Positions 37,551 through 49,680 of a stretch of 64,000 bases of DNA are shown in pieces. Position 1 is the first letter of the stretch; each line of letters starts with the position of its first letter. Origin of the DNA: Eledone cirrhosa (taxonomy: Eukaryota). The notes beneath the pieces are model-generated. The model searched no databases. It worked only from the letters and a program-made list of their open reading frames with translations, and had not been told where the DNA came from. The DNA lies in contig OZ024746.1 in the NCBI GenBank assembly GCA_964016885.1, positions 18,104,001-18,168,000 of the forward strand. The letters run 5' to 3'. A program made the translations under genes and the position numbers.

Positions 37551-38843
37551 CAGGGTGCGGACGATATTTGTTCGCAAGATTACTGTCTAGGAAAAAATAA
37601 CACAGTAGTTTTATTTTTTAAGATATATTTATCAAACTTGGGTCAGTTTGTCTTCATAACTTGTTCTTTCGATCTCACTCAATAAACCCGCCATTGGCTT
37701 TGATGATGGCCTCAAGGCGGCCTCGGAACCAGCTACAGGCCTTCATCATTGTCCCTCGACTTAGGCCCCTAAAGGCACTTGTGATCCTGGCCTTCAATCG
37801 TCTTTCGTATTGCAGCTATATCTGTTGGTGTCTCGTTCCACTGTGCCCCACAGAAAGAAGTCGAGGGGGTTGCAGTCAGGCGAGCTGGAAAGCCACATGT
37901 CAGGTGAAGTGTGGTCGACGAAGTTCTCTGACAGCCAGGCTTGGGTCTTTCGGCTGGTATGGCAGGGCGCTGAGTCTTGCTGCCACACGTACGGCCTACC
38001 TGCAGCTACCTGGTCGATCCAGGGCTTTACTACCTCGCTCAGAACGCAGATGTAGCCATCGGTGTTCAGCTTGAGGCCCTCAGGGAAGAAGTGAGGTGGC
38101 GTGACGTCACCTTGACTGCTGACAACACCTAAGACCAATGTTGTGGCTGGAAACTTTGTCTGCATGACTCTGGGCACATCTTTGGATGAGACAGCGAGCC
38201 ACCTGTTGTTCTGGGAGATGATCTTCTGGTCTTGGCAGAAGTTTTTCTCGTCGGAGAAAAACCACAGCATGTCTGGCTCCAGTGGGTGTTTCAACTTGTT
38301 GATCAGCTTCTTTGCATGCTTCAGTCACTTTTCTTGCATCGCCTTTGACAGAAATTGTCCTTTCCTCATCTTGTATGAAACGTAGCGAATATCTTCATGT
38401 ACCACCAACCTAATGAGCTTTTCATCCACACCTTTCTCCCTTGCAATGGCACGCATCGACTTGCTAGGTTCATTGTTGATGATATCCTGAACTTCAGCGA
38501 CGAACTCGGGCGTTCTAAAGGCGTCAGATCGTCGATCATGTTTTCCTCTCTGATGTTGCTTCGTAGTCGAATCCTGAATCTTCCAATTCCTTTCTGACCT
38601 TTTCCATCATTCTCCTGCTGACTCTGAGAAAGTCTGAAATTTCCTTATTTGTCCTCCCGGCGCAGATTCCAAGAAGAACTCCGTGTCTCTTCCACAAATT
38701 TGGAGGTTCAAAATTATTCATAATCAATTATTCTGAAAATAAATAATGGAAATATAGTCACTGTTTTTATGAAGACAAGAGTGACAACGGAAGTAAAAAA
38801 AATTTGCATAAAATTAGCAGTTGAAAATATCATCCACACCCTG
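37551..38843 (-). mobile_element. full-length inactive Tc1/mariner-superfamily transposon, DD37D (maT) family
   Basis: TIRs CAGGGTGCGGACGATATTT / AAATATCATCCACACCCTG in a TA-rich site. Transposase FSDEKNF...QQDSAPCH-(37 residues between the last two Asp)-SPDCNPLD, broken into pieces (38536-38727, 37794-38294) by stops and a frameshift. Confidence 0.93.
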
Positions 38844-38849
38844 ATATAT

Positions 38850-39135
38850 CATTATCATTGTTTTTACGTATGCTTTTCCACACTTGCGTGGGTTGGACGG
38901 GTCCTTCTCCGCATCTCTCCTCACATTGCGATGCTTTGTCATCATCTCCGTGAATTTCAGTGGTTTGAGGTCAGCTCCCACAACCTCTACCCAGGTCTTT
39001 CTTGGTCTACATCTACCACAACTTCCTTCCACTGGCATTTCCTGGCATTTCTTCACCCAATGATTATTGTCCATGTACATCACATGTCCAAACCAACACA
39101 GTCTTCTTCCCTGCATACTACCTCGAATTCCTCTC
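38850..39135 (-). mobile_element. older RTE 3' fragment (short-tail type)
   Basis: GRRLCWFGHVMYM...RPRKTWVEVV. Confidence 0.85.
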
Positions 39136-39544
39136 TTAAAATGTGTATGTGTGCATAAATTCATTAGTGTTTGAAGATTCATTGAAAAGACTGGCTAAAA
39201 ACTAAGCTGTTGCTGGCTTAACCTTAGAAACAAAAATATTATCAGTTGAAGTTTAAGTAAATTAATTGTGTATTAGCATAGAAATCTTGGTTTGTGTAAT
39301 TAACATGATTCTATTTGAACTGTGTCATCAAAACCAAGGTCTGTAGCATCAGTGAAATGTCTCCTGTCAGTTTAGTGGCAGATAAAGAATATAAGTTATA
39401 TTAGTAACTCTACTCTGTAACAGAGGTTTCCAAACTGTGAATGACACTTTGTTGTGTTGCTGACACTATCTGACAGCTTATATAGAGGTATATACAGTAG
39501 TTGAGAACTATAGGACACTATCATCATCATCATGATTTCTTCCA

Positions 39545-39660
39545 AATGAAACAGTTCTAGTCCTATAGAAGCCATTTCTATATGAAATATTTATACTCTG
39601 CTATGTATTGAGTACCTTACTTACTGTGGTTACCCCCGATTGAACCTGGGATAAACTTAT
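39545..39660 (+). mobile_element. Penelope-type terminal fragment, inverted relative to 37381-37482
   Basis: AATGAAACAGTTCTAGTCCTATAGAAGCCATTTCTATAT...GTATTGAGTACCT...ACTGTGGTTACC is the reverse complement of 37381-37482. PLE assignment is inferred from the GAAAC-type motif. Confidence 0.5.
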
Positions 39661-40505
39661 ATATATATATTATATATATCTGTGTGTACCGTATATACTT
39701 GTATATAAGCTGAGAAATATGTGACACTATATATATATATATACTCATATATAAGCTCTGAAATATGTGCCAATATATGTGTGTATATATATATGTTATT
39801 AATTTTTTTTTTTTTTTTATGGTATAAATGTTTGAGGTCAGTATTTTGTCGATTTTCATCAACTTCAAAATTCTACGTAAATAAAGAGCTAAAATATTTT
39901 CACTTTGGGGGTGAATATTACTCCGGTTTCACTTTCTACGTGAAATCCGTATTTCCTATTGATTTTGATATGTTTTGAATGAATATGGCTTTCAAAACGG
40001 TTGGAAATTGGCACAAAATCATGATGTAATGGAGTTGTGAAACAAAAGCTATACTTTAAACAGGACTTAAAATGTCTTAAATATCAAAATATTAAAACTT
40101 TATAAATATATTTTCTACTCATGTTTACCTGCCTCAGCTTGTAAATGGGGTTTGAATTTTTGCCTATTTCTCAGACAAAAAATAGGGGGTCAGCTTATAT
40201 TTCAGATCTGCTTATATTTAGAAAAAATATAGGAAAATAAACAATTTCACAAATTGATTGAAATTAAGGTTAAAGGTAAATACAAAATTTCAGTATTGGG
40301 TGGAATTAAGGGTTAAAAGTAAATTCCTTGAGTCAGTGCTCAGATTCTCTATATATTTATAATGGTTTCTGATTTAGGTACAAGGCCAACAATTTTGATG
40401 GGAATGGGAAAGTTGATTAAATTGACCCCAGTGCTACTGGTACTTTAATTGACCCAGTAAGGATGAAAGGTAAAGCTAACCTTGGTGAGATTTGAACTCA
40501 GAACG

Positions 40506-40908
40506 TCATCATCATCATCATCATCACCGTTTTACGTCCGTTCTTCCACGCTAGCATGGGTTAGACGGGTTGTCCTGTTGTGGGCAGTGTCTGGTCGGCT
40601 GACCATGCCTTGCTCATACAGGAACTGATCTGGCTTGATTTCTACAGCTGGATGCCCTTCCTAACACCAACCTCATTTACAGTGAGTGCTGGGTGCTTTT
40701 TCGTGGCGCCTACACGTCCACTTTACAGTGTGGGCTGGGTGCTTTTTTGCCGTGGCACCTCCACGACCACCTTGCGGTGGGGGGGGGGGGGCATATTGTT
40801 TATATGCTTCAGCATGTACCCATGGGAGGTCGGGTACCCTGTATTACTGCGTGACGCCAGAAGTCATGGTCGTGTGTCATTGACTTTGAGAGGTGTAGTT
40901 GGGTAAGG
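40506..40908 (-). mobile_element. RTE subfamily A 3' end / 3'UTR
   Basis: Matches ~9345-9740. Confidence 0.93.
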
Positions 40909-41796
40909 TAAAGTTGGGTAACGTAAAGAGACATATCTATATGCTGCAAAGCATATTGTCCAACGCTCTTCCGATTACTGCCAATCCACCGCCCTTTATA
41001 TATATTAATAATTGTTTCTATTTTTTGGCACAAGGCCAGCAATTACCCAGTGCATTACTGGTACTTTATTTTATCGACCCCGTAAGGATGAAAAGTAAAG
41101 TTAACCTCGGCGGGATTCGAATTCAGAATGGCAAGGGCCGTAACTCTGTGCATCAAAGCATAGCGTCTGACCCTCTACCGATACTGCCAAATGGAGCTTA
41201 AGCAAGTTTTTTTTCTATCTCTTGTTATTTAAGTACTCTATGTATCTACATTCATACAACACGTCAAATTTGTTTACACAAAGTTTAATTCCTTCTACCA
41301 TCTGGATTACATCTGTGATGAATGGATTTGTTTTCTTTATTGACTTGTTGAATCACATTGAGCTTGAAATTTTGTTGGTATCACTTTATTCATCTCAACT
41401 TTTACCCTTGTTATATCATATATGGCACATTTCACTTGGAAAACTCAGAAATATTTGGAAAGCTAACTATCAAATAATTTGATCTCAGTACCTACTGGAA
41501 CATATATTGTCTCACTCCAAAGGTCAAAATGTAAAAAAATAAGGGTTTCTGATTTAGGCACCAGGTCAACAATTTGTTGATTAAATAGTGCATTACTGGT
41601 GCTTTATTTAATTGACCCATTAAGGATGAAAGCTGGATTTAAACTCAGAATGTAAAGGGCCATAACTATCTGGCACAAAGCAGGTTGTCTGATGCTCTAC
41701 CGATTATGATAATGATAAATGTGAATTTTTTTTTTTTGTGTTTTAATGGTTAAAATGACTCTTCCTTGCTATAATTTTTCTTTCTTGTTTATTTAG

Positions 41797-41869
41797 GTTC
41801 CTTTCTATGGAGGTTCTCATACCATGCTATTGGTAACTCTGTCTGCTGTATTTGATCACTATTTAAATG
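41797..41869 (+). other. candidate host exon (73 nt); one open frame VPFYGGSHTMLLVTLSAVFDHYLN, or 5'UTR
   Basis: Strong acceptor TTTTTCTTTCTTGTTTATTTAG, consensus donor ATG|GTAAGT, unique sequence. Confidence 0.6.
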
Positions 41870-42049
41870 GTAAGTGGTTTTATTTCTCATTATATTGATC
41901 TGAATGCTGCACTTATTACCTGCTAGTAAATATTATTTCTTTCTCTCTCTTTCACTCTCTCCACCATCTTTCACTTATGCACAAACACATTTTTCCACAC
42001 TCACATTTACAGATATATATATTTCAAATTCTCTCTCTCTCATATATAT

Positions 42050-42389
42050 TCATTCATTTCATTTCATTTTACGTCCACTTTTTCCCTGCTTGCAAGGGTG
42101 GGACGGGAACTGATTCTGGCTTGATTTCTACAGCTGGATGCCTTTCCTAACACCAACCTCATTTACAGTGAGTGCTGGGTGCTTTTTTGCCGTGGCACCT
42201 CCACGACCACTTTGCAGTGGAATGATAGGGACCCCAGTCCCTATCATCTCATTTCTACAGCTGAGTAAACTGGAGCAATGTGAAATAAAGTGTCTTGCTC
42301 AAGGAAACAACACATCACCCGGTCTGAGAATTGAACTCACAACCTTTCGATTGCAAGGCCAATGCTCTAACCATTAAGCCATGTGCCTC
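42050..42389 (-). mobile_element. SINE family 3 (second near-identical copy)
   Basis: Shadow ORF 42138-42377 translates identically to 28909-29148. Confidence 0.92.
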
Positions 42390-42413
42390 ATATATATATA
42401 TATATATATATAT

Positions 42414-42449
<36 letters not shown>

Positions 42450-43922
42450 GTTTAACGTCCATGTTCCACGCTTGCATGGGTTTGGACGGGAGTTTTCCCA
42501 CTTGAGGCAAGAGTGGTTGTCTTGCTCGCATAGGACTGCCTGGCGGGTTTTCTACAGCTGGATGCCCTTCCTAACACCAACCACATTTACAGTGTGGGAC
42601 TGGGAGGTTTTTACCGTGTTGCCTACACGGCCACATTACAGCGTGGACTGTGTGTTTTTTTGTCGTGACACCTACACGATCTCATTTGTTTCGGCCTGGA
42701 TGTTGCGGCACCAACATAACTTTACATTGAAAGGGGCGGCGTGGATGGGGTGGGGGTGGTGGGACGGGGGTGTATTTTGTTAGAGATGCCTACTGACTGT
42801 AGTAGGTTTTACTTTGTATTTAGGTAAGGCGGGTCTTCTCTATTACTGAGTACCGCCAAAGATCTCGGTCCAGTGACATTGTCTTGGAGAGGTGTAAGTG
42901 TGTGAGGTCGGAATTTATCAGGTCGTCCCAGGTTTTTCTGGGTCTGCCTACTCCGTGGCTACCGTCTATCTTTATTGCCCTGCACTTTTTTATACAGCTA
43001 TCGTCTTTCATGCGCATCACGTGACCATACCAGCGTAACCTTCTCTCGAGTAAACAACATCTGATCCCTCTTATTTCTAATTTTTCCCTTAGTTCGTTTA
43101 TGCTTTGCCGTTCACGTATATTACTATTACACATCCAGCGGAGCATGCAAGCTTCGTTCCTCTCTAGTCTGCGTATATCCTCTGCACACAATGCCTAGGT
43201 CTCACTGCCATGCAACATTGCTGTTCGTATGCAGGCATCATACAGCCTGCCTTTCATTTTTAGGGAGAACCCTTTAGCGGCTAATAGCGGTATAAGCTCT
43301 CTGAACTTTTTATATCCAGTTCTGACTCTAGCTACTGTACTTTCCGAGCACCCTCCCCCACTGATGATTTTGTCACCCAGGTAATGGAAGCTGTCCACTA
43401 TTTCTATAGAACCCTCTGCGCAATTGAAAGAGCTAGTATTTTGTGGGCACTTGCTGCTACTTATTGCACCAGAGCACCGGCCACATGTAAAATCTATGTT
43501 CTTAGTTAGCTTACCTGTGATCCCACTACATCTTTTATGCACCCATACTTTGCATTTGGGACATAAAATGGAGTTTCTACCTACGCCTTTCCTACACACT
43601 GAGCATGGCCATTTCCCGGAAGGGACCGGCGCCTTATTTTCTTTCCTACAAACTAGAACTTTAGTCTTAGCCAGGTTAATTTTAAGGCCTTTTGATTCTA
43701 GGTCGTACTTCCATGTTTGGAATTTCTTCTCTAGCTCGGCCATTGATTCAGCTATGAGCGTTAGATCATCTGCGTATAGGAGTTCCCATGGGCAGCCGGT
43801 CTTGAACTCCACTGTTATAGCCTGAAGGGCAATAATAAATAGTAGGGGGCTAAGAACAGAGCCCTGATGAACACCAACTTTTACGCTAAACTCTTCACTA
43901 TATTCATTGTTAATTCTAACCT
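42414..43922 (-). mobile_element. 5'-truncated RTE LINE, subfamily B (RT with intact PHD-type finger, one premature stop)
   Basis: GVHQGSVLSPLLF, LYADD, CSVC..CPKC..H..C..CGRC, FHYLG, RRLRWYGH. ORFs 43195-43812 and 42820-43191 are separated by an in-frame TAG. Long 3'UTR and (GAT)n tail. Confidence 0.95.
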
Positions 43923-44673
43923 ATATATATACACACACACACACTATCTTTTTCTCATATATGCTCTCACTAACACACACATCATGAAACTAAATGTATG
44001 TTTATTATATTATGCACAAACATATAGTATATAGGTTTGTATATGCTTTTAATGCTCTGAAAGTGCATTGGAATATTCTGACAATTAGTGATAGCATTAA
44101 CACAGTATTATTCAGAATAAAGTCATACATGGACCATACATGTATACACTGCTCTCTCACTGATGCCAAGATAGATGTAGTAGGATCACAATTTATTTCA
44201 TCATGAGACTAAATATATGTTTATTATATAGATAAACATAGTCCAACCTTTGCCTGTGTGGAACACAAATGTAGAACATTCATCATGATGATATTGTATA
44301 CATATAAGTCTATATAAGCTTTAATACTACATTGGTAAGTGGAAGAAACTAAACTTATCAACAACTCTGAATTGGGTTAATGTCACGCTTGCTGCTGATT
44401 TATACAGGGGATTTTTTTATTAGTTTTATTGTTTCCATTTTAGTTTCCTTTCTTGCAGTTGTGACCTTTTGATTAGTTGTTGGATAATTCTAGAACTTTA
44501 AGCACACCCAAATGTTTTGCAACACACATTCTTATGTAATTTAGACATTCTTATGGAATTTACAGCATATTGTGACATTGTTATATATTTAACCTTTTTG
44601 ATACCAAACTGCCTGAAACCTTCCATCATAATTATATATAAGAACTTTTGTTATGTTCCAAACACCAGTTTAA

Positions 44674-44876
44674 CCCTTTAGCATTTACATTATCTATACT
44701 ATTATATTTTCATGGTAATGGCTTTATCTCACATAATATCGAATCTATGAGATTTTGATATTATTTATTTTGAGAACAATACCTTAATGTCAGTATGAGT
44801 GGCTGGTTACAGCCAGTTTGAAGAGAAAGAGGTGAGAGAATTCTGGCCGGATATGGCCAGTTTCAATGCTAAAGGG
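44674..44876. mobile_element. piggyBac-type MITE, 203 bp
   Basis: TTAA|CCCTTTAGCATT ... AATGCTAAAGGG|TTTA. Confidence 0.8.
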
Positions 44877-46084
44877 TTTATAATGGTTTTTGATTTAGGC
44901 ACAAGACCAACAATTTTTGGTGGGGAGGAGGAAGTCAATTAAATCAACCTGTGTGTTACTGGTACGTTATTTAATCGACTCCCCGAAAGGATGAAAGGCA
45001 AAGCTAACCTTGGTGGGATTTGAACTCAAAACACCAGTTGGTTGCAGAGGGTTCTTTAGACTTGTCAAGGATATAACAACCTATCTATTGCTGGTGGCAT
45101 GATGAAATGAACCCAGTACAATCTGTTACAGCCTGTCCAACCCATGCAGAGTTTATGTCTAAGGGGGCATTGACATTTGACCGTGTTTGTCTGAAAACAG
45201 TGAAAAAAATAACAAAAGACATTATATTACAAGGATGTTGTAGAATTTGTTAGTGGAAGGTCAGGTAGTTTTGAGTGTTTTATAGTTTTAAATACACTAC
45301 ACTTCTAAACTGTGCTCCAATGGGTATTTTACATGATTTTAAAATAATTTTGCTGTGTAATTTGTAGATTGTGTATGTGAGTGCTTGAATGTGTGTGCAT
45401 TATACCATTGTTTGAAGTGTAATGTCACACTTTCTCTTTTTATGAAGTATTGTATTATTAAATGCTTGCGCTATGTTTTATTTATTTATTTTTTGTATTA
45501 TTAATCTAGATATTGTGTCTTTTAGGTAGTAAGTAAAAGTAATATTTACAAATTTTATGTGATGTCTACAGCAGCGAATTGGCAGTTGTTAGAACCTCAG
45601 CTAGAATGATTCACAATGTTATTTTCAGCTCTCTGCCCTCTGAGTTCAAATCCCATCAAGGTCAACTTTGCCTTTCATCCATTCAAAGTCGATAAAAAAG
45701 TACCAGTCTAGTACTTGGGTCGATTCTTCATCTATATCTCTCTCTCACTTCTTCTCACATTATCTTTCCTTCTCTGGAAGCAATCTGCTGTATTCTGACC
45801 TGGAAAGAAAATGGGATCTGCAAGGTTTTCAAAAAACTGCCCTAGAAACGTTATATGTCAATATGGCACCCCTATAACTTTCTCAGGAGATATGCAACCA
45901 TGCCTTGCATGTGATTTCTAGGAATCTGTCGTATGTATAGATGCTATGTTGGCTGTTGAATGGCATTAAGCAATGTTTCTATGTGTTTAGAGCAGTAGTT
46001 GATTTATTAATATCCTTGAGCAAGACACCTTATTTTACATTGCTCTTTTTGCCAGGAGTTGTGACTGGTAGATAGTGTCAACAA

Positions 46085-46675
46085 CTGGAAACACCAATGG
46101 AAACATTGTTTCCTAGGTCCGATCTGATGAGTTCCACCTCACTCAGTAAGCAAATGACGTCTGGGATCTTGTTTAGATTCGTATTCAAAGTTGGTACACA
46201 CTTTTGGTTTAGGGAATTGTAGGTAACTGTTGTTCATTGAGATTTTCAACTTGGAAGCATAAACCAAACCTCTCTGATTTAGAATATAAACAATCCTGAA
46301 TCTTAGGTAATGTGAAAGAATACGATTGTGAACACAAGTGGCTGAAATAGAGTTCTTTTGAAGAGTCTTTGGAATAACGTTACTCGTTAGAGTGCATAGC
46401 TTGGAGATCACAGCTCCAATACTACTGGCATGTGGTTAGAATATCTCAGGAAAGAATCACTAGAAAGATTTTATGGTCAAAACCAACCAGCAAGAGACCC
46501 AGAGGTAGACCCCAAGCAAGATAGTAGGATAACATCTATGAGCTCAGCTGGTCTCACTTGTGGATCCAGCCGGATCAATTGGAGACAGTTGCTTCTGACA
46601 GGACTTTCTGGAAGGAGTGTTTAAGGACTCTATCCCCACAACCCTCACAGAAAGAAGGAGGCAAAGAAGAAGACA
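46085..46675 (+). mobile_element. old RTE LINE 3' fragment (lineage D)
   Basis: RSQLQYYWHVVRISQERI..K.TSKRPRGRP remnants. Same family at ~48440-48570, ~49030-49135 and ~49240-49680. Confidence 0.75.
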
Positions 46676-47278
46676 ATTATTAATTTACCAATTCTTGTGA
46701 CTATCCATATATATTACCTTCGCTGATAGTCTACACTGATACCTCCATACTTAAACTTGCAATCCAGATATAAATTTACTCACCAAAATTACAAAACAAA
46801 TAACTCACTCTCGCTTACAATTGACAATACAGATATATTCTATCTGTTCTGAGTACAATTCTTCATTTAGATGGCTTGAAGTAGACTCAGATGTTCTACA
46901 TAGTAAACATTTCGTCATTACCACCATTGTTAATAATTTTCAGCAATGTTTTTTCAGTCTCAGGTCTCTAGTATCCTATTACCGTCATTATCAAATCATT
47001 ATTTAGTGTCTGTTTTTTCTGCTTCTATTCTATTTCATCTCTTAGATTTTTCTTTAATTACAGATTATTTATTGTACCAAATCTTGTTAGTATGATTGTG
47101 TTATGTTGTGTCTACTATATATACTCTAAATGCTCCATCTGCTGAGTTTCCACTTCAGTTTTGTGATTAGTAAGTAGTAGTAAGAAGAAGAAAAATATTT
47201 AGATGTAAAACTACATGCTTCAATAATATAAATATATATAAATGTGCAATAAAACAAATAAGCAAGTAAATAAAATGA

Positions 47279-47563
47279 ATAAAAGATGTGATGAGAGATA
47301 AAGTTGGCTGTGTGGGCGTTAAACTGTCTGTAGGAGTGATGGTTCTTATATAAAAGGTATGATGAGAGATGAAGTTGGCTGTGTGGTTAAGGTATTAGTC
47401 TATTAGTAGGAGTGATGGTTCTTATATAAAAGATGTGATGAGACAACTGTGTGGATAAGGTTTAGGTGTGGATAAGTCTGTCAGTAGAAGTGATGGTTTA
47501 TATATAAAAGATGTGATGAGAGGGCTGTGTGGATAAGTGTCAGTAAAGGATTGATGGTTCATA
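47279..47563. repeat. degenerate minisatellite, 4 units of ~60-80 bp
   Basis: Units ATAAAAGATGTGATGAGAG..GGCTGTGTGG.TAAG..GTAGGAGTGATGGTTCTTAT. Confidence 0.85.
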
Positions 47564-47971
47564 TCTTGTTGCTCTGACTTCAGATGTTACTGGTGTTATC
47601 TTTATCCTTGCATTACATCCTTTCTGGGTGGATTGAATAACCAGTGAAGAGCAGTGGATGAAATACCTTGATAACTTGCAGTATTGGATCTAGCTATGTT
47701 CTGAGTATAAATGACCAGTCAATAGCAATGAATTGGTGGAATTATTAGAGCACTGGATGAAATACCTTGATACCTTGCAGTAAATTCTTCAATGATGGCT
47801 GTCTTGAGTGGTAGACTTAATCCATCACCAGGTTAAACAAGTTCTGGTTCTTGAGTGACTTTAGTGATAACCTGGTCTCAGATTTGAGGAGACCTTTCAC
47901 CCATGAATCTCAGGAGCCTTGAAAGTCTCAGGGGCTTTGCCTTTCTCTTCCTGAGTAGACAGTAAAAAAGA

Positions 47972-48347
47972 TCATCATCATCATCATACGTCTGCTTTTC
48001 CCTGCTTGCAAGGGTGGGACGGGAACTGATTCTGGCTTAATTTCTACAGCTGGATGCCCTTCCTAACACCAACCTCATTTACAGTGAGTGCTAGGTGCTT
48101 TTTTTCCGTGGAGCCTACAAGTCCACTTTACAGTGTGGGTTGGGTGCTTTTTTGCCATGGCACTTCCACGAGCACTTTGCAGTGGAATGATAGCGACGCC
48201 AGTCCTATCATCTCATTTCTACAGCTGAGTAAACTGGAGCAATGTGAAATAAAGTGTCTTGCTCAAGGAAACAACACATCACCCGGTCTGAGAATTGAAC
48301 TCACAACCTTTCGATTGCAAGCCCAATGCTCTGAGCAATAAGCCATG
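47972..48347 (-). mobile_element. SINE family 3 variant retaining the duplicated RTE-A UTR block
   Basis: Same head, core and terminus as 28829-29160, plus a second AAAAGCACC..CACTGTAAA block. Confidence 0.88.
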
Positions 48348-48571
48348 GTAAAAAAGATATATATTTATATTAATATCATCATTATCACTGTTTAATGTCC
48401 ATTTTCTATACTAGCATTGGTTAGACTAGATATATTTCTGCCAGAAGTTGCAACCAATAGATAGTATCAGCAATAGAAAGACCAATGGAAACATTGTTTT
48501 CTTGGTCTGATTTGACGAGTTCCACCCCACTTGGTAAGTGAATGGAGTCTGATATTGTGTCAGTCGATTAG

Positions 48572-48574
<3 letters not shown>

Positions 48575-48646
<72 letters not shown>

Positions 48647-48660
48647 CTATGTATATATAA
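48575..48660. repeat. (TA)n microsatellite
   Basis: Directly visible. Confidence 0.95.
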
Positions 48661-49239
48661 AAAAAATGTTAATGGGATGGTCGTAACTTAAAGCCTTTCC
48701 ATTTTTGGGCTGCTTGATAAGGGTTGACCTGGGGCTAAACAGCAACAACTATGTAATCAGTTATTTTGATAACTTATCACTAACTCATTGCCTAACTGCC
48801 ATTATGTTTGTTTTTGAAGTTAGAGCAGTTCTAGAAAAAACAAACATGCCAGAGCAATGAACCAGCAGATATGTAGACATGTAGAGCAGCTAATTCTGAC
48901 AGTATTGTTACAATATTTGCAGCTGTTTAAATAACTTCTTTCTTTCAACATGAAGTTCTTAATGGAGTAGTCTGACTTTGTCACATATAGCATGTCTTGG
49001 GGCATTTAAACCTGCAGAAGCAAGGCTACTCGATAGTGTAGTGTATAGCTCAGAGATCAGAGTGTCGCTACTTCTCCAAATTGAGAGATCACAGCTCTGA
49101 TATTATGGACATGTGGTTAGAATGTCTCAGGAATGAATAATTTAAATTATAGAATATATTAGAAATAGTAGTATGTATGTGTGTGTGTGAGAGAGAGAGA
49201 CTCAACAAGTATAACATCATCATCATCACCGTTTTATGT

Positions 49240-49680
49240 CTGTAAACCCTTACCTATGGTCATGTAGCTTGGGTAATGACCAAAAGAATGTGATCGTGAA
49301 TAAAAGCAGTCAAAATGGAGCTTTTCTGAAGAGTCTTTAGAGTAACATTACTCAATAGAGTGCATAGCTTAGAAATCAGAGAGTCACTCCAGGTAAAGCC
49401 ACTACTTCTCCAAATTGAAAGATCACAGCTCTGATATTATGGACATGTGGTTAGAATGTCTCAGGAAAGAATCGCTGGACAGATTTTACAAGCAAAACCA
49501 ACTAGCAGGAGACCCAGGGGTAGACTCTGAGCAAGATGGTGGGATAATATCCATGAGCTCAGCTAGTCTCGCTTGGGGATTCTTCAGCTGGATTAATTGG
49601 AGACAGTTGCTTTTGACAGAACCTGCTGGAAGGAGTGTTTGAGGACTGTTCCTCCATGATCCTCTCAGGAATAAGTGGGA
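49240..49680 (+). mobile_element. old RTE 3' fragment (lineage D)
   Basis: Aligns with ~46290-46660. Confidence 0.75.

Noticed and set aside
46090-46140. GAAAC...CTGATGAG hammerhead-like words
   Set aside because: No consistent stems I and II; lies at the start of an old RTE fragment, and its paralogue at ~48490-48525 lacks the core.
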